A stretch of DNA of 64,000 nucleotides from Octopus sinensis (lineage: Eukaryota): NCBI RefSeq assembly GCF_006345805.1, contig NC_042997.1, forward strand, positions 28,520,001 through 28,584,000. Reading direction: 5' to 3'. A program made the translations under genes and the position numbers. Positions 14,686 through 29,385 of the stretch are shown in pieces. The notes under the pieces are model-generated. The model was not told the origin of the DNA. It did not search any database and saw nothing but the letters and a program-made list of their open reading frames with translations. Position 1 is the first letter of the stretch; every line of letters begins with the position of its first letter.

Positions 14686-15184
14686 ACACCGTAGCGAAAT
14701 AGGGGGAAGCGATAGAGACAGAGAAATGACAACTAGATTGAAATACGATCGATCTTTTCTAGCTTCTATACATTTAACAAGGAAAATGACGGAAAGACAT
14801 TTCGTAATGAATAGAGGGAAAGTCTCTCAGGTGATTACGATTCGTTTCTGGGAGTTCTAGAAGTCCCGTTTGTTAGTTTTCTCTTCTTTCTTCTACCCCC
14901 GGTATTTATTCGCCTAGTTTGATAATTCTTCATATCTTTTCTTTCGGGTAAAGAACACTTTTTTGAAGCACGTTTAACGTTTTCTTTACAAACAACAAAC
15001 AAACCTCACTCCTTTAGTTTTTTTCATACAACAACTAATGGAAATTTCGAACGAGTATAGTTGAGAAAAGAGCTCAGATAAATGGGTAATACCCCCTAAA
15101 AAGTGGGTGCAGGAGAAAAGTTGCCAACATATGGCAACAAGAAATTGAACTCCATATTTTAAAGAGAGTCTTCTATATAGCTTC

Positions 15185-15240
15185 CGGCCGACCAAAGCCT
15201 CGTAAGTCCAATTGGTAGATGGAAACCGAAAGAAGGCCGT

Positions 15241-15285
<45 letters not shown>

Positions 15286-15765
15286 ATGCATATATATCTA
15301 TCTATATATGCATATGTATCTATCAGTCGCCATGATAGAACTTTAGCTACTACACACATTTTTTCTCTCCTTGTTTCTGTCCTTATTTTTTCTGTGTCCC
15401 TTTCCGTAGAAGAGCGTAGGCCCGAAACGTAAAAGACTTTTTCTATTCCTGAGCATTATACTAATACATCTGTTTATTTTGTACACCAACTGTCTTCGTC
15501 CTCTGTTTTCTTCGTAAACTCTCCCCATATATATACGTGGGTGTCTGTGTGTGCGTGTGTGTTTGTGTCTGTATTTTTACCCTTAGCACCATCGCTTGAC
15601 AACCGATGTTTACGTCCCCGTAACTTAGCTTTTCGACCGAAGAGACTGATAGGATAAGCATCAGGCTTACAGAAAATAAGTACAGGAGTCGATTTCTTCG
15701 AATAAAGGGCGGTGCTCCAACATGGCGAAAGAAAAATGATTGAACAAGTAAAAGAATACAAGAAG
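15185..15765 (+). mobile_element. SINE of the 28936 family, interrupted in its internal microsatellite by a hammerhead-bearing element
   Basis: The 5' part ggccgaccaaagcc...ggaaaccgaaagaagg and the 3' part gcttgacaaccgatg...gcggtgctccaacatggc...aacaagtaaaaga match the two halves of the SINE at 28936-29385. Confidence 0.7.
15335..15525 (+). mobile_element. Short non-coding element (family B) with a hammerhead-like motif at 15400-15435
   Basis: CTTT-CCGTAGA-A-GAGC-GTAG-GCCC-GAAA-CG-TA-AAAG. Flanks are homologous to the copies at about 32.2, 32.5 and 45.8 kb. Confidence 0.7.
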
Positions 15766-15993
15766 AACGGTCCGTACCCCTGAACCAAATAGTTTCTTTG
15801 AATATGTACGCTGTATTTTCATGTTGAATAGTAATTCTGTTTACATTAGAGTAATTGAGATATTTTGGTTGGATTATAAAGTTATCAGTTTTATATTTCT
15901 TTCTATATTGTGTCACAATATAGAAACATACCAGCACACAATTTATATTTTTTATATTTTTCATAGGTATGTTATTTATTATTATTATTATTA

Positions 15994-16037
<44 letters not shown>

Positions 16038-16074
16038 GTTGTTGTTGTTGTTGTTGTTACTACTACTACTACTA

Positions 16075-16124
<50 letters not shown>

Positions 16125-16560
16125 GTACATGGTCCGTCAATAAGGAAAAAAACAATGCTATGTTTAGAATAACAATTCAATTTAATTCAAGTATTGTTTT
16201 TAGAAATACACAAAAGATATAATCTGATAATATGTTTACATATTCTTATTTATGCAAATACTTTACAAAATCAGTAATATCATTTGCTTGAATTAAGAAC
16301 GAAGACTTTTCAGTTCAAACACATTTTTTCAACAATTTCTTCAAAAAGATTTCAGTATAAACTTTCGGAAAATATGCTCAAACAGAAACAAAAAATATTC
16401 TGCGAATCTTCTCAGATGGAAAAGCTTTTGTATCACTGATGGAAGTCTCATCTTACATTTTTTGCTGTATTCACAAGCTGACTAGTGTGAATAAAATGAC
16501 CTGTTAATTTTAACCTCTGTTCATATATATACATGTGTGTATCTGTGCGTTACCTGCACT

Positions 16561-16618
<58 letters not shown>

Positions 16619-17497
16619 CTATCTGTCTGTCTATTTATCTATCTGTCTCTCGTCTCTTTCTCTTTTTCACTTCCTTCACTGACTCCAACCCATTTCACAA
16701 CATTCAATTCTTGAAACCCTCACCCAACACCACTTATTTCTATACTCTTCTGCTGCACATTTTTCTTGTGTACCTAGATTTTTGTCACCAGAGATAAAAG
16801 AGTCACCACTTTTAGACACAACCGCACACATACGTCTGTCTCCAGTATATTTATCCATGGGGAATTAAGATGGCATTGCTTTCGGTACTGAGCAGTTCTA
16901 TACTGCATAGACGCATGCACTCACGCACACACAAACACATACACACACGCGTGTGCACGCTCGCGTTTGTAAATACATACTTGTTTTCACATACCACTAA
17001 ATTGAAAGAAATAATCTATTCCTTCTTTAGTGACATCAGATCTTGTGAATATGATGAAAATGATCTGTTGTCTCTAAAGTGTTCAAAATTTGATAAAATT
17101 GTCCACAGAATGGATGTAATTTCGTTTTAATAATTCTTTCTCGAATTGCCCCCTTTCTCTATTGGTAAACTGAACTTAGTGTACAAAAGGTATAAATTCA
17201 ATATGCATGCCTCACCAAAATATTACCATACCCCACATTTTCAATCCCGAATCTATCTAATTATCGATGGGTTCGGACAGACATTCCTTTTACATACGCA
17301 TATGTTCTCTCACCTTGTGCGTTTCTTTCTCCCCCCTCTCTCTTAACTCTACTTCTCTACCTACCCCACTCTCTCCCTCTCTCTCTAACTCTACTTGTCC
17401 CCAATCTAATTACTGGTGGCTTCAGACAGACGGACGGGCGCAGCTCTTATTATAATATAAGATTATTATCATTATCATCATTCTTCTTCATCTTCTT

Positions 17498-17568
<71 letters not shown>

Positions 17569-17569
17569 G

Positions 17570-17760
17570 TGGGAAAAGTTGCGCAATCGTTTGCACGCTG
17601 GGCAAAATGATTTGCGGAATTTCGTCGATATTTACGTTATGGTTTCAAATTCCGCCGAGGTCGACTTAGCCTTTCGTCGTTTCGTGGTCGATAAAGTAAG
17701 TACCAGTACAGGTATATAATCGACTTACCTCCTCCCACGAACTTGTACCAAAATTTAAAA
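17570..17760 (+). mobile_element. SINE with the conserved central domain ...gccttt..tcgtttcgtggtcgataaagtaagtaccag
   Basis: Homologous to 25765-26105 and 54215-54457. The central block resembles the Meta/Sauria-SINE type domain (from memory, not searched). Confidence 0.65.
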
Positions 17761-20700
17761 TCATTATTATTTTATTTTATTTTTTGATTTTGTTGCCGAT
17801 GATTTTGTTGTTTTTGTGTCTACAGCATACCACTTAAAGTCACTCGTGCATTTGTTTGTCGGATCTTCCATTGAAAAGTTGAAATATCTTAATTTGGTAT
17901 TTGGTGAGGCCACCTAGAACATATATGGCTGATGTGAATGTTTCATTCGCTCCTCTTTCGGACTTACAATTATTAGATAATTTGATTCTTTTTTTGTTTA
18001 TTTTTACAAGGGATGGTTTGCAAATACAGTAGTTGCACGTACACTTCGTGGAGAACAATATTCAACCGTGAAATATTTTAAACTCCATATATTTAAACTG
18101 TTGATACAGTTGTAGCAATATGTACAACAGAAACATTTATAAACACAATAAATGAAGCTACAGCAGTAGCAGAAAGCATGGCACTATGCACATGAATACC
18201 GGGAAAGTTAAACATTTCAAATTTCAAATAATTACACTTTCGCATTCGACAGATGGAAAAAGACAACGGTCACAGCAACAATAGCAATGGTAACATTATC
18301 AAGAGGAACAACAGCATCAATACCAGTTATTGTAAGAAAAGTAACGGCCTTAGATTCAGCCGCAAGACAAGATCATTAACGGAAAAACATCACTGCTATC
18401 AAGGGACACTGCAAAGGAGACAGCAGCAGCAAAAATCCTCCAAACAAAATATGTATATCAACAGAAGAAAACAAGCAAAAAACGCGTTCCCCAGTGGCAA
18501 CTCCCATCACACACACATGTCGTGCGACGGTGACAGTGAGGAACTACGAATGGAAAGAAAAGGATAAGGAAGAAAAACGTCAATAAAAATAAAGCAATCG
18601 GAAATATGAACAAATTTTGATTGTGTGCTAAATTACACCAATATTTCCTCCAGTTGCTACATGATTAACTTCACCAACACCACTACTATGATAGGCACCA
18701 TTATCACCAGCAGAAGCACAGACTTGATTACACACATCTCAACAGCCAGACCACACACGACCACGAAAAATAAAATATAACGAGAAAGAAATCATAAACC
18801 TCGCGTTCGTAATCATTAGCAGTAAAATATTTATGGATCACTTTCGTCAACCTACGAACATCACACACAATATATAACTTATGTAAATCATTCCGGCACA
18901 CATAAAATCATTCTAATCCCACATCATAAAAACTTCACAATGATGTTCACAATGGGGTCGGTCAATTGTAGAATCCGAAATCCCATTGCAGCTGTTCGAC
19001 AATAACCCACAAACAAATAATGCACAAGCATTGCACGAATTCATGCATGTAGGTCGTCACTTTGGTCGCATCACGAGCAAGCCCTGCTGATGGATTTGCC
19101 ATGCTTCTAGATTTTGTTCTGAATTTGATAAATAATTTTCCCCAATATCCCAAGAAAGCAGCGTGCAGTTACATATGTTACTAAGTAACTGATAATGAGG
19201 AAAATATTGTTAAAACTCGCCAATTAGTAGTCATTGGGACATCAAACTAAATAATTCGCGGTGTTGCCCAATCCAGTATGAAGTACAAATCCAAGCCAGA
19301 ACTGTTAGAACGTCGAACGACAGCCATTGCTCTACTGATTCGTGCTCTTTACCATCTCATTCCAAATCAAGCATTTGCCTACGTAAATTGCAGATTTCAC
19401 ATATCACACAATTTTATAAGAGCACGAAGAAAACTAGATGTTTTACCGGAGTTCAATCTGTCGTAAATGTTAGATTCGGGGTGCCGTTTTGGTCAGCTGT
19501 TCCTCCATTCTTCCAACAGTCCTCATCAGTTTGCAATAAGACATAGTCACTGCCTTATGATTATATGATGAGAATGGTAAGAGAAATACATGAGTTCATG
19601 AAACTGAACTAATTTCTGGTGCCATTTGAAACCATTGTCTTTTAGTAAAATTACTGGGAAATGTTTTGAGCGTATGATGATCATTTTCCATAGATAAGTC
19701 AAACAAGGTTTAACTACTAAGTTTCTTCTCTTTTCGAGCTATGTCATGCAAAAGTTTAGTAGTTTAGCAAGAATACAGAAATCAACTGCACAAAATCCTC
19801 ACCTCCGTAATATTGTTTTGGCTTTTAACTATTAAATACCTGCACAAATTATCTGCCATTATTTGTAAAAAAACACGTATCAAATAAATTTACGTCAGCG
19901 ACGGTATTTATAGTTAGACGTGCTTCTTTCGAAATGGCTCGAGTCGCCGATGCGGATCATACACAGCTTCGATCCAGAAATATATATAATGAAAAATATA
20001 TTTTGTCAGATTCCAGTGATTGTTGAAATATTGTACAGATATATTTCATAGAGATATATGCTAAAGTATTCAGAAACTCAATTTCATTGTGTAGTTAAGT
20101 ATCGGTGAATAAGTGGAAGTTTAGCTGATGCATAGGGAAAACAAAACCATAACAATGAAAATGTTATATATTTATTCTATACAGTAATGCGAAATAGTCA
20201 ATAACTAAAACTCTCCACAGATATATGGTAAATAGCACTATTGACTACAGAACATAGAAAGGATGGGATTAATAGCTTTCATATTTCGTTTAATAATACA
20301 GAATGTGGAATGGAGTTAATCTATTCAGATTCGGTCGACATAACTACTGCAGGATGAGAAGGTCTGCTTCTGCTCGATCACAGTTCAACTGCGTCTAAAT
20401 ATCAATATCAAGCCGACAAATATGATATATAGATATATATGTCTGTGTGTATGTGTGTTTGTGTGTATGTTTGTGCGTATGCGTGCGTGTATGTGTTCGT
20501 GTGTGTGTGTGTATGTATATGTACATGTTTGTTCAAAATATATTTGAAAATGCAGCATGAATAAAACTTAGTGAACGCAAACATCGAAACTAATATGTAA
20601 AAGCCGTGCTGCATTATCAGAATGATTAGACATATTCCATAACATTGCGACATAATATTTTTGCTAGTCTGTTATAATATCACGGAAACCTATGTGTGAT

Positions 20701-21083
20701 ATTAATCTCAAATTAATGAAGTGGAGACGGCAGAACAGTGATTCCAAGCGTCAAAGATCTCTGCGATTTATAATCAAATCACGTTGTATCATAAATTGCC
20801 CTCATTTATGGATCGAGAAATGAATTGTCAGACCAAGTAGTGGGATTTTACGAATAGAAGTTTTTTTATTCTGATATCACATTTACAGTTTATTGCAAAT
20901 GTTCCTTGAGATTATAACAGACTGAGAACAATTATGTGTCGGAATGTTTTGGAATAGATGTGAATAATTCTAAAAATGCAGCACGATTTTTACATATATA
21001 TCTGGATATATACAAATATGCACGTATGAAAATGTATGTGTATGTGTGAGTATATGTCTGACTGTACATGTGCGTACCATGTA

Positions 21084-21754
21084 CAGTGGCGGACGGGATC
21101 TAACAATATTGGTCGCCAGGAGACTTAGGGGGACCATCCTCAACTACAATGCTATAATTTAATTTATTTTTCTTTAGTTAAAAATATTCTTTTCAAATTT
21201 ATACATACACTGCCAGGCTGAAATAACGCATTCTTCCCTGAGTGAATAAAAAATCTCAAACTACTAAATTAGATCTTGGGAATGGAAGCACTCCGTCGGT
21301 TACGACGATGAGGGTTCCGGTGGATCCGAATCAACGGAACAGCCTGCTCGTGAAATTAACGTGTAAGTGGCTGAGCACTCCACAGACACGTGTACCCTTA
21401 ACGTAGTTCTCGGGGATATTCAGCGTGACACAGAGAGTGACAAGGCCGGCCCCTTGAAATACAGGTACAACAGTAACAGGAAGTAAGAGTGAGAGAAAGT
21501 TGTGGTGAAAGAGTACAGCGGGGATCACCACCATCCCCTGCCGGAGCCTCGTGGAGCTTTTCAGGTGTTTTCGCTCAATAAACACTCACAACGCCCGGTC
21601 TGGGAATCGAAACCGCGATACTATGACCGCGAGTCCGCTGCCCTAACCACTGCGCCATTGCGCCTCCATTAGATATTAACATGAGACTCTCTATATGGAT
21701 TCTAATGGCGCAGGGGCCCATTTGCCATCGGGCAAGTAGGCCAGTCCGCCACTA
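21084..21754. mobile_element. hAT-like MITE containing a SINE insertion
   Basis: Termini cagtggcggac / gtccgccacta. A paralog without the insertion lies at 29386-29683. Confidence 0.7.
21275..21667 (-). mobile_element. Full-length tRNA-derived SINE with a 7-bp TSD
   Basis: The minus strand starts GGAGGCGCAATGGCGCAGTGGTTAGGG...GGTTTCGATTCC (A and B boxes). ATTAGAT is duplicated at 21268-21274 and 21668-21674. Confidence 0.9.
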
Positions 21755-22504
21755 TGTGTGTATGTACGTGTGTGCGTGCGTGTGTGTATGCGTGTGCATG
21801 TGTGCGTGTGTGAGTATGTGTGTGTACATGTGTGTGTGTATGTGTATGTGTGTGCGTGTCTATGTGTACCGTTTAAATTTGTTTACGGGAAACGTTTTTG
21901 CGTATGCATATAATAGATCCTATATTATTATATCGGCTGCGTCTTATGGTATCAACTCGCAAGAGTAGTTTCCTGGGGTTGTACTGCGTTGCGCCGATAT
22001 AATGTAGGGTAATATAGTAATAATTTTAATAATAATAATAATCTAACGAGAGAATTTACAGATATTTTAATGCATAGCTACTGTGTTTTCACCTATCACA
22101 TGTTTCTTACCATCATAGTCCGTATTCTTACGATGATTGCAGTGCAATCCGTACTATCTAGGGACATAAAGTGGACCTTTGTTCATTAGGCGAAATGGCA
22201 TTAAAGTTGCAAGCTACGAAGGTATAACGGAAGGGTATTCATCAATTTTCACCAATCAAAAGATTCATTCGGGCATGTGCGCAGTTCTGTATGTATTTGA
22301 TAGGAAAGAACAGGTGATGGAGAGAGAAAGAGAGAGAAAAAAAAGGATTGGTAAAGATAAAGCAGAGGGAATTGTGCGTGATGATGTTAGACTCGTCTTA
22401 TTAACTGTTGTACACATCTGATGGGTAGTATATTTCATTGGTTTTTTTTATCTAAGAAATAGTATACTTTACAATAATCGTAGCTTAATACAATTGTTTA
22501 ACGA

Positions 22505-22655
22505 CTGGGCGCAATGACCCAGTCATTAGGGCAGCGGACTCGCGGTCGGAGGTTCTCGGTTTTGATTCCCAGACCGGGCGTTGTGAGTGTTTATTGAGCA
22601 AAAATATCTAAAGTTCCACGATGCTCTGGCAGGGGATGGTGGCGACCCCTGTTGT
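22505..22655 (+). mobile_element. 5' part of the same SINE family as 21275-21667
   Basis: ttagggcagcggactcgcggtc...gattcccagaccgggcgttgtgagtgtttattgagc is near-identical to the reverse complement of 21560-21660. Confidence 0.8.
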
Positions 22656-22841
22656 TTAGGAGGAATGTAGCAAAACGGTGGTACATCATCATGGCCGCAG
22701 CTCTAAGCTGAAACTCGAGGGAAATAATTGATTTACTGCAGTAAAAGATATATATTTTTATATATTTTATTATAATGTAAATAAATATTTATATGCCAAT
22801 TGTATCTATTTTCTTTAATACATATATACATACATACTACG

Positions 22842-22882
22842 CTGCATTGATAAAGGGCAACAACCCTGAAACATGTCTGCAG
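22842..22882 (+). ncRNA. Minimal type I hammerhead ribozyme with a U3-A8 core variant
   Basis: CTGCA-TTGATAA-AGGG-CAACAA-CCCT-GAAA-CATG-TC-TGCAG: perfect 5-bp stem I, 4-bp stem II, palindromic stem III loop and a GUC cleavage triplet. Confidence 0.75.
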
Positions 22883-23108
22883 ATGTCTGACTAGCAAGGT
22901 GAAGTGGCTGACCTCCCCTGTTCGAAGGTTGTAATGGTCGCAGGTTCGTGTGTCATATAGCTAGCTAGAGGCGATGGCCTCTTGGAGATAATCAGCGACA
23001 GCTTTAGTCTTATATTTATAGACTGCCATATTAGTATGGCGATAACTATTAATATCCAGTAACGCTGCCGTAATCTCCTTTAGAGAGACTTAGTAATTTT
23101 GATATTTC

Positions 23109-23147
<39 letters not shown>

Positions 23148-25764
23148 AATATATATATATATCTGTATATATTTCCGATTGAGGATGTTTCAAAAGCCAG
23201 GAATGGTGTCTTTGCGATTCCAATAAAGGCCAACACTCGGTATATATGTTGATTTTATACGCCTTTTAGCATGTGAGAAAAATTTTCTCCGCAGTAGCTG
23301 TAGTGAATTTCCCTTTAGAAGTTGAAATATGTCACAAACATATTTTAACTAGTCTAAAGTTCTCTTATGCCTAAACATTGCTTGGCTCTGTTACTGCTGA
23401 ATTCATGTATAAACACTACAAATAATGCACATTACATTATTTGCAGCCGGAGAAAAGTGCATGCCGAAATTTCTTTTTCTCCTTCATCACATTTCAGTAT
23501 ATATGCCATATTTCCCCTCCAGTTATTATTTGCATATATCTAGTGTTTACCGAATATCTCTCATTTTAATGATATTGAACTAAGTATAGACGTATTTTCT
23601 GTCACACGGAAAGTTTCTTTAACAATTTGTTATTTGCCAATTATATTTTATGTCAGGAATTGTTTTGGGCAACATTCTTGAAATAACTGTGTCGTTTTGC
23701 CTGTAACTTAATGCATTTCTTTTTTCAGCATCTAAGTTTCATTTAAAAAAAGCAACAAGCATCCTGCTGTTTTATTTTTGATTTTACGGAACGGCCTAGC
23801 AATATGGTAACCTAATGTGAATAAGTAGATCAAAGTTTAATTTACCTATATTTTTCTCTCTTCTCTCCGTACATTATGTTCTTCATCATTCTATGTTCTT
23901 CATCATTTGAAAATTTTATGCTTTGGCTATATTTATAATAATTTTACAACACATTGCATTTATTTAATATTTATAGAAAGGGAAATAATAATCGTTGGCA
24001 TATTCATCTTAGATATTCCTGAAAATGTATGAATTAATCAATCGAATTAGAAACAAATTTAATGAGAATTGAGTTGTAATGTTCGTTCACAGGATCAGAA
24101 TATAAACGGTTGCAGAAATGAACAACTATGCACTCATATACACCAGAGAAATAGCACATATCTAGATATAAAGAAACAGCTGAATGTAATGCGATGTGTT
24201 CGTATATGAGAAGGCCGGTTGTTAACACAGATAATAGTATTATTAGAAAGAAGCAGAAGTTTTAATGAAGTGCGAAATTTTTGAAATAATATCCAATGCT
24301 TATAAACGCTTGATATGTAAAAGTTAAGCGAAAATTTCATTAGTTAAAACTTTTCAATTATGAACAAATTATTAAAAGAAATGCGTATTAGTGCTTTAGT
24401 TTCGTTGTGGTTAACGCATTTCAAAATAAGTATTGGATTGACCAGCAATCAGTGTAAACAATTATGTCTAGTATAATAATTAATCTTTATTGTCGACATC
24501 TAGAGCAAGTGAAACAGACAAAGATATGATGAGTAAAATATCCTGAGCAAAATCAGAAACGTAAATATATGTATTGTTAATACATACCGAAGCTTATGCC
24601 AAGCTGAATAATAAGGGTCCTTGGTCTCCTTGATAGTAATGAGATTTAACATCCACTTTCATTACCCTGTGTTCCTGTTTCAACTGAATGTAAGGCAACA
24701 ATTATTAATAATTGAAATGGAATCCTACTAGTTGAATAAATTTTAAAATATTTCGCACGCGTGTGGCAAAAAACCTTTGGATTTGAAGGAATTCCAACAG
24801 AAACGTAGGAAGAAATAGGTTACTTGTTCTGCAGTGTACGCTTACGTGTGAATATTAAAGTTCAAGATGGTTGAAGTGATGCAATGCAAAAGGTGTTTTA
24901 CAAATAAAAATGTGGTCTGGTGTAATTACGTAATTATTGAAAGTCGGATTTTAGAGTGGTCCTTCTATCTTGAATCGGAGCTCAAAATTAAGTGCGACTA
25001 TGTGATTTGAGAAATTGGTTAAAATGCATGGAACCAGGTTAATTGTAATGGTAAATTTGTTATTACACTTATGAGGGAGATTTGTTATCTATGCTGATCC
25101 TATAGGCCTTTCTTACGATTCTTCAGCCTGGTTGGTGGAATTCCTGTGGTCTTATTATATTGTCCATCGACTTTTACGTGTATAAGAAGTTATTCTATAG
25201 TTCACTAATATACTTTATAAATATATTGTCTCACTTGAATGGGCATACCATTATACATTCATATTCTAAAGTACTTTCCATTTTGTCTCAAAATTCCTGT
25301 GGATCATATATAATACTGACCCTAAAACCATTTATCGCTCATAAAGTTTTTTAAAATACCACCTTCTAAAACATACTCAAAAAATATGTTGAAAATATGT
25401 AATTTGGTTTATGAAACAACAAGAAATGCTTTTGTGACATCTACAGCTAACTTGTAGTTAATATAATAGTTTCAAAAATCACTATCCTTTGTGCTGGCTG
25501 CGCTATGACATTTATTATTCAAAATTTTATTATGCTAAATTTCATCGCACTGGACAGCATGCTGGACTTTAATATTACACAGTTGCAAATGAAAATCTTC
25601 GTAGTTCCCCAAATCAAATCAAATGAGTACATAATGGTCTGGTTTCTCTATGTTGATAACTTATGCAATTGAATCCCGTAAAAATAATCCTTTCCAATAT
25701 ATGCACAAGACCAGTAATTACATCGACCCATCAGCCTTGAAAAATTTATTTTATTGTTGAAAAG

Positions 25765-26105
25765 GGCGAAATGCTTAGCGGTATTTCGTCTGCCGCTACG
25801 TTCTGAGTTCAAATTGTGTCGAGGTCGACTTTGACTTTCATCCTTTCGGGGGTCAATTAAATAAATACCAGTTACGCACTGGGGTCGATATAATTGACTT
25901 AATCCGTTTGTCTGTCCTTGTGTTTAGCCTCTCCTCTCTGTGTTTAGCCCCTTGTGGGTAGTAAAGAAATAGGTATTTTGTCTGCCGCTTCGTTCTGAGT
26001 TCAAATTCCGCCGAGGTTGACTTTGTCTTTCATCCTTTCGGGGGTCGATAAACTAAGTTCCAGTTGCCCCCCACGACATTTTCAGGCCTTGTGCCTAGAG
26101 TAGAA
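25765..26105 (+). mobile_element. Two tandem copies of the central-domain SINE
   Basis: tctgccgct.cgttctgagttcaaatt...gactttg..tttcatcctttcgggggtc occurs at about 25790 and 25980. Confidence 0.75.
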
Positions 26106-27103
26106 GAAGAATATTTATTTCATCGAGCCTGACACGAGGAAAGGTTAGGTCAGTCTCGGAAGCATCTGAACTCGTAAATTAAACCTGAAGAAATGCTGCA
26201 GAGCATTTAGTCCGGCGTGCTAGCGATATTTCCAGTTCAGTTTCTATATAATGTAAACTGATAAAAATAACTATATTAGCTATTTTACCGAAGAATGGTG
26301 AAACAAGTTTCCTTAATACGAATTTGATTTTAGGAAGACAGCGGATAATGTGAAGTAATACGGATGGAAATGAGCATCAAATATTTACGATAAGTCACAA
26401 GAAGTGTTAATGAAATCACTTTCCCTGCAGATAGTAACTTAACTACATTTATAATTCCATATATTTCATTATTTATCGTACAGATTATAGATATACTTCG
26501 ATATTACCTCCAAATTTTGTTAATCATCGCATGAACTCCAGTACATAATTTAATATCTCTCGTTGGTTAATCCACGACTAATTAAGTGAACACCTAATTA
26601 CAGACTACGAATATAAACGGACAAAAATTTATGCACGTGCATTACACGTAAGGTTACAACGTATATAAAAGGAGAAGGTATAGATTACGTCTTTATTTAT
26701 TGCACACGGGAAAATATGTTGTTCAGTTTACACGCACATATTGCGATACGTTAAAACACTACTCATTAATTGATGACTGCTTGAGCTGATAAGTGATTCC
26801 GAATGGGGAGCTGACTTGAAACGCTGCTTGATTCACTGATTGCGCTAACACGCACATACGCACTCAAATGTATGTAGTTATTATGTAGTAATGTTCAGTC
26901 ACAATATATTAGTTAACTAGTAATTATTGTTGGAAAATACGTGCCTGGAATGCATGAAATAACATAGTGAAGGATAACCTCAAAACTATATGATCTTTAC
27001 AACAGAACCAAAAATTGCAATACCCGAATCCCAAAAGACTTTGACAATTGGACTGCTTTTACGTTTTAGACATATACATGCTTCCGTACATACATACTTT
27101 AAT

Positions 27104-27217
<114 letters not shown>

Positions 27218-27502
27218 TACATATATACACATACATATATTATATATACTTCTATTATAAGGATAACATTTTTCAACAGTATTTTATCAGTGGCCACCAT
27301 ATCAAATACATTTTAAGGTGAAAAACATTCTTTATAAATATGCTGAAAATTAGACTTTAGATCGTCCCACGACATACAATATTTTCCACCATAATACACG
27401 GTGTGTATTCATAGTGAAAAATATTTTACGTGATTAGACGACTAAAATATAGTTTGCAGCATATTGGAAAAGGGAATATTTTTTTTCCCATCTTGATAGT
27501 TG

Positions 27503-27544
<42 letters not shown>

Positions 27545-27558
27545 ATTATATATACATG

Positions 27559-27590
<32 letters not shown>

Positions 27591-28271
27591 ATATGTATAT
27601 ATATATGTGTGCGTGTGTGTGTATGTGTGTTTATGTATGCATATATATATATATATATACTGTAAAACATTAAATTAAAAGATATATGCGTTAAAAAACT
27701 TTTCACGCTAAATTACATATACATTTGCCAATACATTCATATATCAAACAGTCTATAATATACGTATATACACTAAACATAGAGACGTAGGTACATGGCT
27801 ACATACATATACAGACATATATAAGCAAAACATATATATACAAATGCAAATATATGTATGCACTAACACACACACACGGACGCACATCAACGCGCGCGCA
27901 CAACATCTCCTGGTGAATGCTTATACAAATTAGTGGTTACAGGCGAAAGAAAGAAATGGAAAAAATTAGAGAAAAAAGTGGGATGGGGAGAAAGATAAGG
28001 GAAAAATAGGAAGAAGTAATATAAGAAAAAGAAACAGAAACCTAGAGAAAGGGGAAATGAGATCGAGGTATAGAGAGTGAAATGACTGGCATTCCAACAG
28101 CATCTAACGAAAGTTAGATACTTCGTTCAGCTTGCGAAACCTACACTTAACAACGCACACATAAAATTAAATATATAGCTACATAAATATAAACATACAT
28201 GCAAATACATGCCCCCCACATATATATATGTACACATATATATGTATATATATAAACATGTATATTTATAA

Positions 28272-28307
<36 letters not shown>

Positions 28308-28561
28308 TAAAAAATAGGATAAAATCTAAATAAGAAATTATCAGGTAGTTAGCGTGAAAATCTCATGAGAGAAAAATATCTGTAAAATTTTTCACGTTAA
28401 ATGCGAAATCACAGGTGAACTGGAGCTAAATTCTGTTTTTAAATGTCTCGCTTCGAGAATTGCATTCGGTACGATTGGTTTATTTTTGGTAGTTATGACT
28501 TTAAAAGTCCTTCCTAGCGTGTGGCATGTATGTGTAATAATGCCCTCTATATAATATAAAC

Positions 28562-28629
<68 letters not shown>

Positions 28630-28935
28630 GCATATATATGTATATACATATACGCATACATATTTATACACGAATGCATACACATATCTACAATGCATAC
28701 ATGCACATAAATATTAGAGACATATCTTCACATCAGGTTAAATACATATGTCATAACGTATATACGGACACATTTTAATAATTTGTCTGGTATATATAAT
28801 ATTAAAATGTTAAAATAAAGACTACAGCACAAGAATTTAAATTAACATAATAAACCTCGGCGAAACTTAAGCTTAAATTTGTGATACTGTCGAAGGCTTC
28901 CTTAAAAAAGTCGAACTACGTATTAGAATCGTAAT

Positions 28936-29098
28936 CAGGGGTGGCTGTGTGGTAAGTAGCTTGTTTACCAATTACATGGTTCCAGGTTCAGTCCCACTGC
29001 GTGGCACATTGGGCAAGTGTCTTCTACTATGGCCTCGGGCCGACGAAAGCCTTGTGAGTGGATTTGGTAGACGGAAACTGAAAAGAAGCCCGTCGTAT

Positions 29099-29151
<53 letters not shown>

Positions 29152-29385
29152 ATATGCGTGTGTGTGTTTCTGTGTCTGTGTTTGTCCCCCTAGCATTGCT
29201 TGACAACCGATGCTGGTGTGTTTATGTCCCCGTCACTTAGCGGTTCGGCAAAAGAGACCGATAGCATAAGTACTGGGCTTACAAAAGAATAAGTCCCAGG
29301 GTCATGTTTCTCGATTAAAAGCGGTGCTCCAGCATGGCCGCAGTCAAATGACTGAAACAAGTAAAAGAGTAAAAGAGTAAAAGAG
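28936..29385 (+). mobile_element. Full-length tRNA-derived SINE with an internal (TA)/(TG) microsatellite and a (GTAAAAGA)n tail
   Basis: Head gtggctgtgtggtaag...ggttcagtccc, central microsatellite, tail gtaaaagagtaaaagagtaaaagag. An inverted paralog lies at 38002-38355. Confidence 0.9.

Noticed and set aside
18962-19153. 63-aa minus-strand ORF in non-repetitive sequence
   Set aside because: No recognisable homology or splice structure.
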